Origin: an uncultured delta proteobacterium
GTDB lineage: Bacteria > Desulfobacterota > Binatia > UBA9968
DNA length: 64,000 nucleotides
Assembly (NCBI GenBank): GCA_963745035.1
Contig: CAVUVW010000011.1
Coordinates: forward strand, 192,001 to 256,000
Reading direction: 5' to 3'
Part shown: in pieces, positions 24,498 through 34,706 of the stretch
How the letters are laid out: each line of letters begins with the position of its first letter
How positions within the stretch are numbered: position 1 is the first letter of the stretch
Program-made: the position numbers and the translations under genes
The notes under the pieces: model-generated
Databases searched by the model: none
Told to the model about the DNA's origin: nothing
The model's input: only the letters and a program-made list of their open reading frames with translations

Positions 24498-24657
24498 AAT
24501 ATCGAAGCACGAAATCCGAAATTCGAAACAATTTTCAATGTTTAAAAAAACGAAATTTCAAACAACGACTATTCAGACTCAGTGTTTTGGATTTGCCGAG
24601 TTTGAGAGTTGCTTGATCGCTGATTGTTTCGGATTTCGATATTCGGATTTCGGATTT
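24498..24657. repeat. CGAAATC-heptamer hairpin element, empty copy B
   Basis: cgaagcacgaaatccgaaattcgaaacaat ... attgtttcggatttcgatattcggatttcggattt. Confidence 0.9.
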
Positions 24658-24678
24658 GGAACTTCCGGGATGTAGAGG

Positions 24679-27600
24679 ATGCCTCCTACTAAGCGACTAC
24701 CATCAAAAAAGCGCAGTCCCGCTCCTAAGGGGGCCAACGCTAAGCTTGTTCGCGAGAACAAGGAGTTACGGCGGGAGCGTGACGAGAGCGCAGAGCAGCA
24801 GGCCGCGACCAGCGAAATTCTGCGCATGATCGCGCGCGCGCCGGCGGATCTTCAGTCGGTGATGGATACGATTGCCGAGAGTGCTGCTCGGTTGTGTGAT
24901 GCCAAGGATGCTGTGATTTTTCGCGTTGAGGGTGATGTTCAGCAACGGGTGGCGGTATATGGAGCAATGCCAACGGCAACAGCTATTGGAATCCGGGGCA
25001 TTACTCGTGGGACTCCCGTGGGCCGAGCTATCATCGATCGGGAGACGATTCACATCCATGACATCGCGGCAGAGATTGAAACAGAGTTCCCAGAATATCG
25101 GACTATCCAAAAGGCTACCGGCATTAGAACTGCGCTGGCCACACCGCTTATGCGCGACGGTGTGCCGATTGGCGTCATTAACATTCGCCGCATGGAAGTG
25201 CGCCCGTTTACAGACAAGCAAATCAAGCTACTCGAGACCTTCGCTGATCAAGCGGTAATCGCGATCGAGAACGCCCGGCTTATTCATGAACAACAGGCGC
25301 GCAATCGGCAACTGACGGAGACTTTGGAACAGCAGACCGCCACCGGCGAGGTGCTGGAGGTGATCAGCAGTTCACCGACCGACCTTGAACCGGTCTTTCA
25401 AACGATCTTGGCGAACGTCACCCGATTGTGCGAATCCAACATCGCACACGTAGCTCTCTACGACGGCGAAGCGCTAGATGTCGTCGCTCAGCACGGCGCC
25501 ACAAGGGAATTTGCCGAATTCCTCAAGGGCAAACGAAACCCCAGTCGTGAGACTCCGACTCGACTGGCGGCGCTGGAGCGGAGGACTGTTCATGTGTCCG
25601 ATCTGCTGACGGATCCCGAGTTCTCACCCCCGCAGATCGAGGTATACCAAAGGGAGAATATCCGGACGGTATTGTCCGTTCCAATGCTACGCGAAGGCGC
25701 CCTTGTCGGAGTCATGACCACGTGGCGGCGCGAAGTGAGAGCCTTCACGGACAAGCAGATAGCCTTGGTGCAAACCTTTGCCGCACAGGCAGTCATCGCC
25801 ATCGAAAACGTGCGGCTGTTCCAAGAACTCAAGGAATCGTTGGAGCAGCAGACAGCGACGAGTGAGATCCTGGGCGTGATCGCCAGTTCACCGACGGATC
25901 TTAAGCCGGTGCTGGACGCTGTTGCTCGAGAGCGCAGCACGGTTGTGCGAAGCGAACGATGCGCAAATTCGTCGTACTCGACGGTGAAGGTCATCCGAGT
26001 TGCAGCATGTTATGGCCAAATACCGCATGTGGAATTGGGAGTAGACAAGGGCATCAGTCGGGAGATCGTCAATGGCCGCGCGATTATCGAGCGCAGGACC
26101 GTTCACGTCCACGACCTAGCGACAGAAATGGAGAACGAGTTCCCAGCCTCGAGAGTATTCCAGGAACGCTTTGGAACGCGCACCGTCCTTGCTACGCCGC
26201 TACTGCGAGAGGGCGTTCCCATAGGAGTGATTCATGATTCGCCGAACCGAAGTCCAGCCCTTCTCGGACAAGCAAATCAAGCTACTCAAAACTTTCGCCG
26301 CTCAGGCAGTGATCGCCATCGAGAACGTCCGGCTGTTCAAGGAGATCCAGGAGCGCAATGCGGAATTGCGCGAGGCGCTGGAGCATCAGACCGCAACGTC
26401 CGAGGTGCTAGGCATAATCAGCCGCTCGCCGACGGACGTGCAGCCGGTCCTCGACGCGATCGTCGAGAGCGCGCGCGAAGGTTTGCGGGATCGATGACGT
26501 GGTGCTGGGGTTGCGCGAGCAGGAGATGATGAACGCGCGGGCTCATTTTGGCACATACCATACCGGCCGCGATGAGATCAGCGTTGATGACGCCACGGTA
26601 TAACTGGATGCGCGAGCACGGCACGCTCCACGTTCCCGACGTCCGCGCCGCGCAGAACGATTTTCCAACGTTGGGTGTTGTCGGGGGTTTTCGCACCTTC
26701 TTGGCTGCTCCCCTTCGTCAGCAGGGGGAACTCATTGGATTACTGGGCGCACGTCGCACCGAGGTGCGCCCCTTCACCCCGGCGCAGATCAGGCTGCTCG
26801 AGACCTTCGCCGACCAGGCGGTCATCGCCATCGAAAACGTTCGACTATTCCAAGAACTCAAGGAATCTTTGGAACAGCAAACTGCGACGAGTGAAATCTT
26901 AGGCGTCATCGCCAGCTCGCCGACGGATATCCAGCCAGTGTTGGACACGGTCGCGGAAAATGCCGCCCGGCTATGCGAGGCGACTGATGCGCAGATTCGC
27001 CTCGTGGAAGGCGACGGCCATCGATTGGTGGCGTCATTTGGAACTCTCCCAGCCCCGGAGTTTCGAACCACAAGCGTAGAAAACCCATTCAGCCGCGCGA
27101 TTCTTACGCGAGAAACAATACATATTCACGATCTTCAGGAAGGGTCTGGTTATGATTCATCCTCTGGAACACGGACCCTTCTAAGCACACCGATGCTCCG
27201 AGAGGGGACGCCGATAGGTCTGATCAATATCAGGCGCACGGAAGTTCGTCCTTTCTCCGACCGACAGATCAACTTCTTGAAACGTTCGCAGGCAAGCCGT
27301 CATCGCGATCGAGAACGTGCGGCTGTTCAAGGAAATCCAGGAGCGCAACGCGGAATTGCGCGAGGCGCTGGAGCATCAGACCGCGACGGCCGAGGTGCTT
27401 AGCATCATCAGCCGCTCGCCGACGGACGTGCAGCCTGTGCTCGATGCGATCGTCCAGAGCGCGGCAAAGGTTTGCGGGATCCATGATGTGGTACTGCGAT
27501 TGCGGGGGCGCGACACGATGAAAGTGCGGGCGCATTTTGGGTCCATCCCAACTGGTCGTCCGGAGATCAGCGTGGATGAGCCGCAGTATCGCTGGATCGA

Positions 27601-30600
27601 CGAGCACGGCGCGCTTCATATTCCCGACGTTCGCGCGCAGAACGAATTCCCTTCACTGGGTTCCACCGGCTTCGTACCTATTTGGTTGTTCCACTTCTCC
27701 AGCAAGGAGAATTCATTGGGGTACTTGGCCGCGCGTCGCAACGAAGTGCGTCCCTTCACTCCCGCGCAGATCAAACTTCTTGAGACATTTGCTGATCAGG
27801 CAGTCATCGCACTCGAAAACGTGCGGTTGTTCAACGAACTCAAAGAATCTTTGGAGCAGCAAACCGCCACGAGTGAAATCTTAGGCGTCATCGCCAGCTC
27901 GCCGACGGACATTCAGCCGGTGCTGGATGCGGTGGCTGAGAGTGCGGCTCGCTTGTGCGAAGCGCCAGATGCCGTGATCTTCCGCCGAGATGAGGGTGTT
28001 ACTCGACCTGCGGCGCGGTATGGATCGATTCCATTGGCCCGGCCTATTGGAGAAGCTTTTCCTGACACGAGTGGATCGCCTCCTGGAAGAGCGATGATCG
28101 ATCGGAAAACGATTCATGTTCACGACATTGCTGCGGAACTCGATCCGAATATCCGGACTCCAAGCCCCGTCACATAACTACCGGTTCGCGCACGATACTG
28201 GCTACTCCATTGCTGCGTGAAGGCGTGTCAGCAGGCGCAATCATGATCCGCCGCACCGAAGTTCGCCCTTTCACTGATAAACAGATCAAACTTCTTGAAA
28301 CATTCGCTAGCCAAGCGGTCATCGCCATCGAGAACGTCCGGTTATTCCAGGAACTCCAACAACGCAATCGAGATCTTACTGAGGCGCTGGAGCAGCAGAC
28401 GGCCACGAGTGAGGTGCTCGGGTCATCAGCGGCTCGCCGACCGACGTGCAGCCGGTCTTCGATGCGATCGTGCAAAGCGCCACCAGGCTGTGCGAAGCAT
28501 CCTTCGGCTCGGCACACCGCTTCGAAGACGGCTTGGTCACGTTCGATGCGCAGCACGGTATGACGCCCGAACAGTTCAAAATCGGCAAAGAGCGATTTCC
28601 AACACCTCCGTCCCGAGAAACTGCTGTAGGTCGAGCGATCATGAGTCGAGAGGTTAGACATATTCACGACATCGAAGCTGATCCTGAATATGTCTTCATC
28701 CCTCATCAACGGCAGCTCAGCTATCGCACCGTGCTGGCTGTGCCACTGTTAAAGGAGGGCAATCCGATCGGTGCGCTTGGCATGTGGAGACGGGAAGTAA
28801 AGCCGTTCACAGAAAAGCAGATCGCTCTCATTGAAACATTTGCCGACCAGGCGGTCATCGCCATCGAGAACGTGCGGCTGTTCAAAGAGCTAGAGGAACG
28901 TAATCGCCAGATTACCGAAGCTGGAGCAGCAGACGGCAACGAGTGAGATCTTGCGTGTGATCGCGAGCTCGCCGACGGATATTCAGCCCGTACTGGATGT
29001 AGTCGCGGAGAATGCGGCGCGGCTTTGTGAGGCGAGTGACGCTCTGATTTATCGGCAGGCGGACGGCCGGGCCCACTTGGCAGCCCGATTTGGTGATATT
29101 CCTGTTGCGCCTGACCCGCTGCCCATCAGCCGTGGCTTCGTAGGCGGGCGGGCAATGGTGGATCGAAAAACGATTCATGTGCACGATGTCTCCGTGGAGA
29201 ACGAGACAGAGTACCCGGAGGCCAGGCATCTGCAACGGATCGCGGGAGCCCGTACCGTTCTGGGCACGCCTCTGCTTCGCCAGGGCGAACCCATCGGCTC
29301 GATCGTGATTCGCAGGCAGGAGGTTCGGCCTTTTACGGAGAAACACATAAAGCTCCTGGAAACGTTCGCCGACCAAGCTGTGATCGCGATCGAGAACGTC
29401 CGGCTGTTCAAAGAACTCGATACTCGCAATCGCCAACTCACCGAGGCGCTGGAACAGCAGACGGCGACGAGCGAGATATTGCGCGTGATCGCCAGCTCGC
29501 CAACGGATATCCAGCCGGTGTTGGATGTGATGGCCGAAAATGCCGCGAGGCTGTGTGACGCCACGGATGCCGCGATCATTACGAATTGAGGGCGACTCAT
29601 ACGGATCGTGGCGAATTATGGCAACATGCCGATATCCGGCGCGATCGAGTCTCGACCACTTGATTCGTGGTCGTTATTCCGGCTAGAGCGATGATCGACC
29701 GGCAAATGATACATATTCATGACATTGAGGCGTGCCGGAAGACAGATGGATTTCCCGAAGCCTCGGCTCTCGTTAGAAGTCTCGGCATCCGCACGGTTCT
29801 GGCAGCGCCCCTGCTTCGTGAAGGAACTGCGATCGGCGCGATTCTGATTCGTCGCAACAACGGTTCGACCTTTTAGCGAAAAGCAGATCGCGCTTCTAAG
29901 AACCTTCGCCGACCAGGCCGTGATTGCCATCGAGAACGTGCGGCTGTTCCAAGAGTTGCAGGAACGGACGCGCGAATTGGTGGAGTCCATGGAGGAAATG
30001 AAGGCACTGAGCGAGGTCGGGCAAGCAGTAAGCTCGACCCTCGATCTTGAAACTGTGCTGGAAACCATCGTCGCGCGGGCCGTCGAACTGTCGGGGACCG
30101 ATTGCGGCGTTATTTACGAATATGACGAGGCGGCCCAGGAGTTTAATTTGAGGGCGAGCCACCACATGGAAGCCGAGGCAGTTGAAGTGCTTAGGACGGC
30201 GCGCATCCGTCTCGGGGAAGGCGCAACCGGGCAAGCGGCGAGCACGCGCGCGCCGGTGCAGATCCTGGATACGTCCGAAGAGCAGCAACGAGCGGTCTCA
30301 AGGGTAAGACCCGTACTGAATCGATTGGGTTACCGCTCACTACTCACGGTGCCGATCCTGCGCGAGCAGCAGATCATGGGTGGACTGACGCGTGTGGCGG
30401 CGGCGGGTTGGGGAGTTTGAACCGGAGGTGGTTAAGCTCCTGCAAACTTTCGCGACGCAGTCGGCTCTGGCGATCCACAACGCGCGGCTGTTCCGCGAGA
30501 TCGAAGAAAAGGGCCGGGAGATCGAGGCGGCCAACCGGCACAAGTCGGAATTTCTCGCCAACGTGTCGCATGAGCTGCGCACGCCGCTCAACGCGATCAT

Positions 30601-31219
30601 CGGCTTTTCGGAAGTATTGCAGGAGAGATTGTTCGGCGAGTTGAACGAGAAGCAAGCCGAATATACCGACGACATTCTGTCCTCCGGGCGCCATTTGCTG
30701 TCGCTGATCAACGACATTCTGGATCTATCCAAAATCGAAGCGGGGCGCATGGAGTTGGAGGTGACGACGTTTTATCTGCCGGACGCCATCGAGAACGCGC
30801 TCCTGCTCGTGCGCGAGCGCGCCAGCCGGCACGGCATCAAGCTCGATCGCGCCATCGACGACCGGCTCGGGGACTTCACCGGCGACGAGCGGAAGGTCAA
30901 ACAGATTCTCGTCAACATTCTCTCCAATGCGGTCAAGTTCACGCCGGAGGGCGGGCAGGTCAAAGTCGATGCACATTTGGGCGACCACAGCGCGATCATT
31001 TCGATTTCCGACAGCGGCATCGGCATTGCCAAGGAGGATCAAGAAGCGATCTTCGAAGAATTCCGGCAAGTCGGCAGCAACTACGCCCACAAGCGCGAAG
31101 GCACGGGTCTGGGGCTCACGCTGACGAAGCGCTTTGTCGAAATGCACGGCGGCAAAATTTGGGTCGAGAGCGAAGTCGGCAAAGGCAGCACGTTCACTTT
31201 CACGCTGCCGATCGGATAA
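24679..31219 (+). CDS. Giant multi-GAF sensor histidine kinase 3 (11 GAF + HisKA + HATPase_c; frameshifted)
   Basis: Repeated GAF modules; [25 protein letters not shown] and GTGLGL. Confidence 0.9.
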
Positions 31220-31224
31220 GAAAA

Positions 31225-31327
31225 TTATCTCGCAAAGGCGCAAAGGCGCTAAGTTAAAGGAGGTGGGAGATGAAATTTGTCTGCGTTTGTTTTTCTAAAC
31301 TTTGCGTCTTGGCGACTTAGCGAGAGA
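31225..31327. repeat. GCAAAG hairpin element, empty copy
   Basis: tctcgcaaaggcgcaaaggcgctaagtt ... aactttgcgtcttggcgacttagcgaga. Confidence 0.85.
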
Positions 31328-31349
31328 TCTCCGGATCCGGATCGGAGTA

Positions 31350-31794
31350 TTATCTCGCAAACGCAAAGGCGCTAAGTTATGACGGAGAATGATATCGGAA
31401 GAATCGTTGTCGATGCAGCGATTGCAGTACATCGGGAGCTTGGGCCGGGTTTGCTCGAAAGCGTGTACGAAGTCATTATGGCCTACGAATTAGGACGACG
31501 TGATCTCTCAGTGAGACGGCAGGTTCCGATACCGATCCACTACAAACAGATGATATTCGAAGAGGCGTTCCGCGCCGACTTGGTGGTCGAAGACAAGATT
31601 ATCATAGAGCTAAAATCAATTGAGCAAGTCAGCGAGGCCCACAAGAAACAGCTCCTGACTTATCTGCGGCTAACAGGCTGTAAACTGGGATTCCTTCTTA
31701 ACTTTGGTGAGGCGCTGATGAAGCGGGGCATAACGCGCACTGCAAACGGAATCGAGGATTTCTAAACTTTGCGTCTTTGCGCCTTTGCGAGAGA
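31350..31794 (+). mobile_element. GCAAAG hairpin cassette carrying the GxxExxY gene
   Basis: Arms 31350-31378 and 31760-31794 match the adjacent empty copy and abut the ATG and TAA. Confidence 0.7.
31379..31765 (+). CDS. GxxExxY family protein (PD-(D/E)XK nuclease-like fold)
   Basis: LGPGLLESVYE, FRADLVVEDKIIIELKS, QLLTYL and GFLLNF motifs. Confidence 0.93.
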   Translation: MTENDIGRIVVDAAIAVHRELGPGLLESVYEVIMAYELGRRDLSVRRQVPIPIHYKQMIFEEAFRADLVVEDKIIIELKSIEQVSEAHKKQLLTYLRLTGCKLGFLLNFGEALMKRGITRTANGIEDF

Positions 31795-31809
31795 AAATCC
31801 GAAAATCCT

Positions 31810-32187
31810 ATGGCTAATGAACTGATTTTGATCGTCGAGGATAATGAAAAGAACCGGAAGCTTGCCCGGGATGTACTCCAGGTCAAGGGTTATAGGACCA
31901 TCGAAAGCGAAACGGCGGAGGAAGGGCTTAAACTCATTGTAGAGAAAGGTCCGGACCTCATTCTTATGGACATCCAACTGCCGGGCATGGATGGCATCAC
32001 GGCGATGAAACAGCTCAAGGCCGACCCCGGCACAACAAGCATTCCGGTCATCGCGATCACCGCGTCGGCGATGACGCACAACAGGACGACTATGCTGGCG
32101 GAGGGATTCGACGGCTACCAGACCAAGCCGATCAGTCTGAAAGATTTTATCGGGGAAATTGAAAGAGTGCTTTCAGTACACAAGTAA
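31810..32187 (+). CDS. Single-domain response regulator (DivK-like)
   Basis: ILIVEDN, PDLILMDIQLPGMDG, IPVIAITA and TKPI. Confidence 0.92.
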   Translation: MANELILIVEDNEKNRKLARDVLQVKGYRTIESETAEEGLKLIVEKGPDLILMDIQLPGMDGITAMKQLKADPGTTSIPVIAITASAMTHNRTTMLAEGFDGYQTKPISLKDFIGEIERVLSVHK

Positions 32188-32793
32188 ATCCGAAGCACGA
32201 ATTTCGAAATCCGAAACAAATTTCCAATGCTTAAATAACAGAAAATACAAAACTGCAGCTAAAGATTCGCTAGCATAAGATACAAATGGAAACCGTCGGG
32301 CTAGGCACAGCCAAAACGAAGCCACCAAGAAAATATGATCTGGAAGATCGGACCCTTGAGTTCGCCAAAAATGTGCGGACATTTGTTCGGCAAATTCCGA
32401 AAACCATAGCGAATATTGAAGATTCTAAGCAAGTCGTTCGATCGTCCGGCTCCATTGGCGCAAATTACATAGAAGCGAATGAATCTATCGGCAAGAAGGA
32501 CTTCCTGATGAGAATCCGAATCTGCCGCAAGGAAGCTAAGGAAACTCGTTATTGGTTGCGCTTGATTGAAATCGTCGACAATCCGACTCTGGAGAAATAT
32601 AGGGTTGAGCTCATCGGGGAGGCGACCGAGTTAATGAATATATTCGGCGCTATTCTTCGTAAAAGCGAATAGATCTTTGAAATTCAGAAGGCCCCGAAGG
32701 ATCTAATTCGGAGTTCGAAGTTTTGAATTTTCTTCGTTTGACATGCATTTGATTGTAATTTGATTCGGATTTCGAGATTCGGATTTCGATATT
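32186..32793 (+). mobile_element. CGAAATC hairpin cassette carrying the four-helix-bundle gene (filled copy C)
   Basis: Left arm 32186-32254 and right arm 32719-32793 are homologous to the four empty copies. Confidence 0.75.
32286..32672 (+). CDS. Four helix bundle protein (23S rRNA intervening-sequence protein / Avd-like family)
   Basis: DLEDRTLEFA, QVVRSSGSIGANYIEA and KEAKETRYWLRLI motifs. Confidence 0.92.
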   Translation: METVGLGTAKTKPPRKYDLEDRTLEFAKNVRTFVRQIPKTIANIEDSKQVVRSSGSIGANYIEANESIGKKDFLMRIRICRKEAKETRYWLRLIEIVDNPTLEKYRVELIGEATELMNIFGAILRKSE

Positions 32794-32798
32794 ATTGA

Positions 32799-33914
32799 AT
32801 GAATACACCTCCCAAAATTCTCGTGGTCGATGACACGCCGCGGAATGTAAAACTTCTCGCGGATCTGTTGGTCGTGAAGGGCTACGGCGTCATCACCGCG
32901 GATTCCGGACGCGAGGCTTTGATCAAGCTCGATGCCGAGCAGCCGGACTTGGTCTTGCTCGACGTCGTCATGCCGGAGATGAGCGGCTACGAGGTGTGCC
33001 GCAAGATCCGTGAAAACTCCGCGACGGCGATGCTGCCGGTCGTCATGGTAACGGCGCTCGATCCCGCCGAGGAGCGAGTTAAGGGGATCGATGCCGGCGC
33101 TGATGATTTTCTCAGCAAGCCGATCAATCAAACTGAACTGCTTGCCCGCGTCAAGTCGCTGCTTAGAATCAAGGAGCTGCACGATACCGTGCGAACCCAA
33201 TCCACGCAGCTTGCCGAGTGGAATCAAAGGTTAGAGGGGCGTGTTCAGGAACAAGGGGAACAGCTGGAACGTTTGGAGCGACTGAAACAATTCTTCTCGC
33301 CGCAGCTTGCGGAGATGATCGTCAACGGCGGGGCCGAGGATCCGCTGAAAACGCACAGGCGAGATCTGACCGTCGTTTACTTGGATCTGCGCGGGTTTAC
33401 CGCCTTCGCTGAGAGCGCCGAGCCGGAAGAAGTGATGGACATCTTGCATGAGTATCACGCGGCGATGGGAAAATTGATCGACGAGTACGAGGGGACCGTC
33501 GAGCACTTCGCCGGCGACGGCATGATGATTTTCTTCAACGATCCGGTGCCGGTCGATAACCCGGCGGAGCGGGCGGTGCAAATGGCGCTGGCGATGCGCG
33601 CGCAGGTGAAAGAACTGACGGTCAAATGGCGCAAGCTTGGCCACGATCTTGACTTCGGCGTCGGCATCGCCCAGGGGTACGCCACCATCGGCGCCATCGG
33701 ATTCGAAGGGCGCTGGGAGTACGGCGCGATAGGAAGCGTCCCGAATTTGGCTGCTCGTCTTTGCGGTGAGGCGAAGCCGGGAGAAATCTTGGTTCCGCAG
33801 CGCTTGCTCGGCAAGGTGGAAGACGTGGTAGAGGCTGAATCTGCCGGTGAATTAACTCTGAAAGGTTTTCATCGACCCGTGAGCGCATACAATGTTCTGC
33901 GACTCAAAGTGTAG
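32799..33914 (+). CDS. Response regulator fused to a class III adenylate/guanylate cyclase
   Basis: REC domain (ILVVDD, LLDVVMP, SKP), coiled coil, then DLRGFT, AGDGMM and NLAARL. Confidence 0.92.
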   Translation: MNTPPKILVVDDTPRNVKLLADLLVVKGYGVITADSGREALIKLDAEQPDLVLLDVVMPEMSGYEVCRKIRENSATAMLPVVMVTALDPAEERVKGIDAGADDFLSKPINQTELLARVKSLLRIKELHDTVRTQSTQLAEWNQRLEGRVQEQGEQLERLERLKQFFSPQLAEMIVNGGAEDPLKTHRRDLTVVYLDLRGFTAFAESAEPEEVMDILHEYHAAMGKLIDEYEGTVEHFAGDGMMIFFNDPVPVDNPAERAVQMALAMRAQVKELTVKWRKLGHDLDFGVGIAQGYATIGAIGFEGRWEYGAIGSVPNLAARLCGEAKPGEILVPQRLLGKVEDVVEAESAGELTLKGFHRPVSAYNVLRLKV

Positions 33915-33916
33915 CA

Positions 33917-34078
33917 AAAAGTCGAAGCACGAAATCCGAAATCCGAAACAAATTCGAATGGTCAAAAAAAATGGAATGTTCCAAACGGTGCTGATTTCTG
34001 ATTCCGCGTTTGGAATTTGCCCGCGTTTTGGATTTGTCTGTCTTTGTTTCGGATTTCGAAATTCGAATTTCGGGTTTT
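33917..34078. repeat. CGAAATC-heptamer hairpin element, empty copy D
   Basis: cgaagcacgaaatccgaaatccgaaacaaa ... tttgtttcggatttcgaaattcgaatttcg. Confidence 0.9.
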
Positions 34079-34096
34079 GAGGTAGTAGGAGATGCC

Positions 34097-34549
34097 ATGC
34101 GAGATCAGGCTACGGTTCTTGAGGCAGGTCAGGGCACGGTATTTTCCGCGCGCGGCAGCATGATGTTCTTCAAAGCCACAAGGTCGAGCACCAACGGTGC
34201 GTTTTCCCTGATGGAGCGCACGCTGCCTCCGGGAGGCAGAAAGCCGCCGCCGCATATTCATACGAACTGCGAGGAGGCATTCTACGTGCTCGACGGCGAG
34301 GTGGAGTTTTCCCTGGGAGAAACGACAACCATCGGACGCCCTGACACATTCGTGCTGGTGCCGGGCGGCGTCTCTCATACGTTCGGTAACGCCGGTGCGA
34401 CACAGGCGCGGCTGCTGGTCATGCACGCGCCGGCGATGGATGCCTACTTTGAAGAGCTTCAGACACTGTGGGCGCGAGAGGTTCCGCCTAGTCGTGAAGA
34501 TGAGTTGGAATTGATGCGCCGGCACGGCATGGAGCCGGTAGAACGATAG
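34097..34549 (+). CDS. Cupin domain protein
   Basis: PPPHIHTNCEEAFYVLDG and VPGGVSHTF. Confidence 0.88.
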   Translation: MRDQATVLEAGQGTVFSARGSMMFFKATRSSTNGAFSLMERTLPPGGRKPPPHIHTNCEEAFYVLDGEVEFSLGETTTIGRPDTFVLVPGGVSHTFGNAGATQARLLVMHAPAMDAYFEELQTLWAREVPPSREDELELMRRHGMEPVER

Positions 34550-34706
34550 TCTGCAGATCCATTTACTCCGATTCGCCCAAGTCTATCCATTTACTCTGCT
34601 AGAAATTGCCACCCGTTCAATAAAGAGCACGCCGAGTAGGCGCGGTTGGTCTTCACCGCACATCGGTGTTATTTAACAATTCGAAGTTCGTATCGAGGAG
34701 ACGACA

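Noticed and set aside
10454-31219. CRISPR-like repeat-spacer array
   Set aside because: The repeats are in-frame protein-coding linkers with a period of about 500 bp; no cas genes are present.
10556-31243. Numerous antisense ORFs (e.g. [10 protein letters not shown]..., [11 protein letters not shown]...)
   Set aside because: Shadow frames of the repeated GAF linker in GC-rich DNA.
10454-32672. Diversity-generating retroelement (Avd homologue next to repeated genes)
   Set aside because: No reverse transcriptase in the window, no evident non-coding template repeat, and differences between GAF copies do not look adenine-specific by eye.
32186-32793. 23S rRNA gene or true rRNA intervening sequence
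   Set aside because: The flanks are protein-coding genes; I recognise no rRNA or tRNA sequence in the window.
34557-34596. 12 bp direct repeat atccatttactc as an operator or target-site duplication
   Set aside because: Only two copies, no associated regulator or element; insufficient support.
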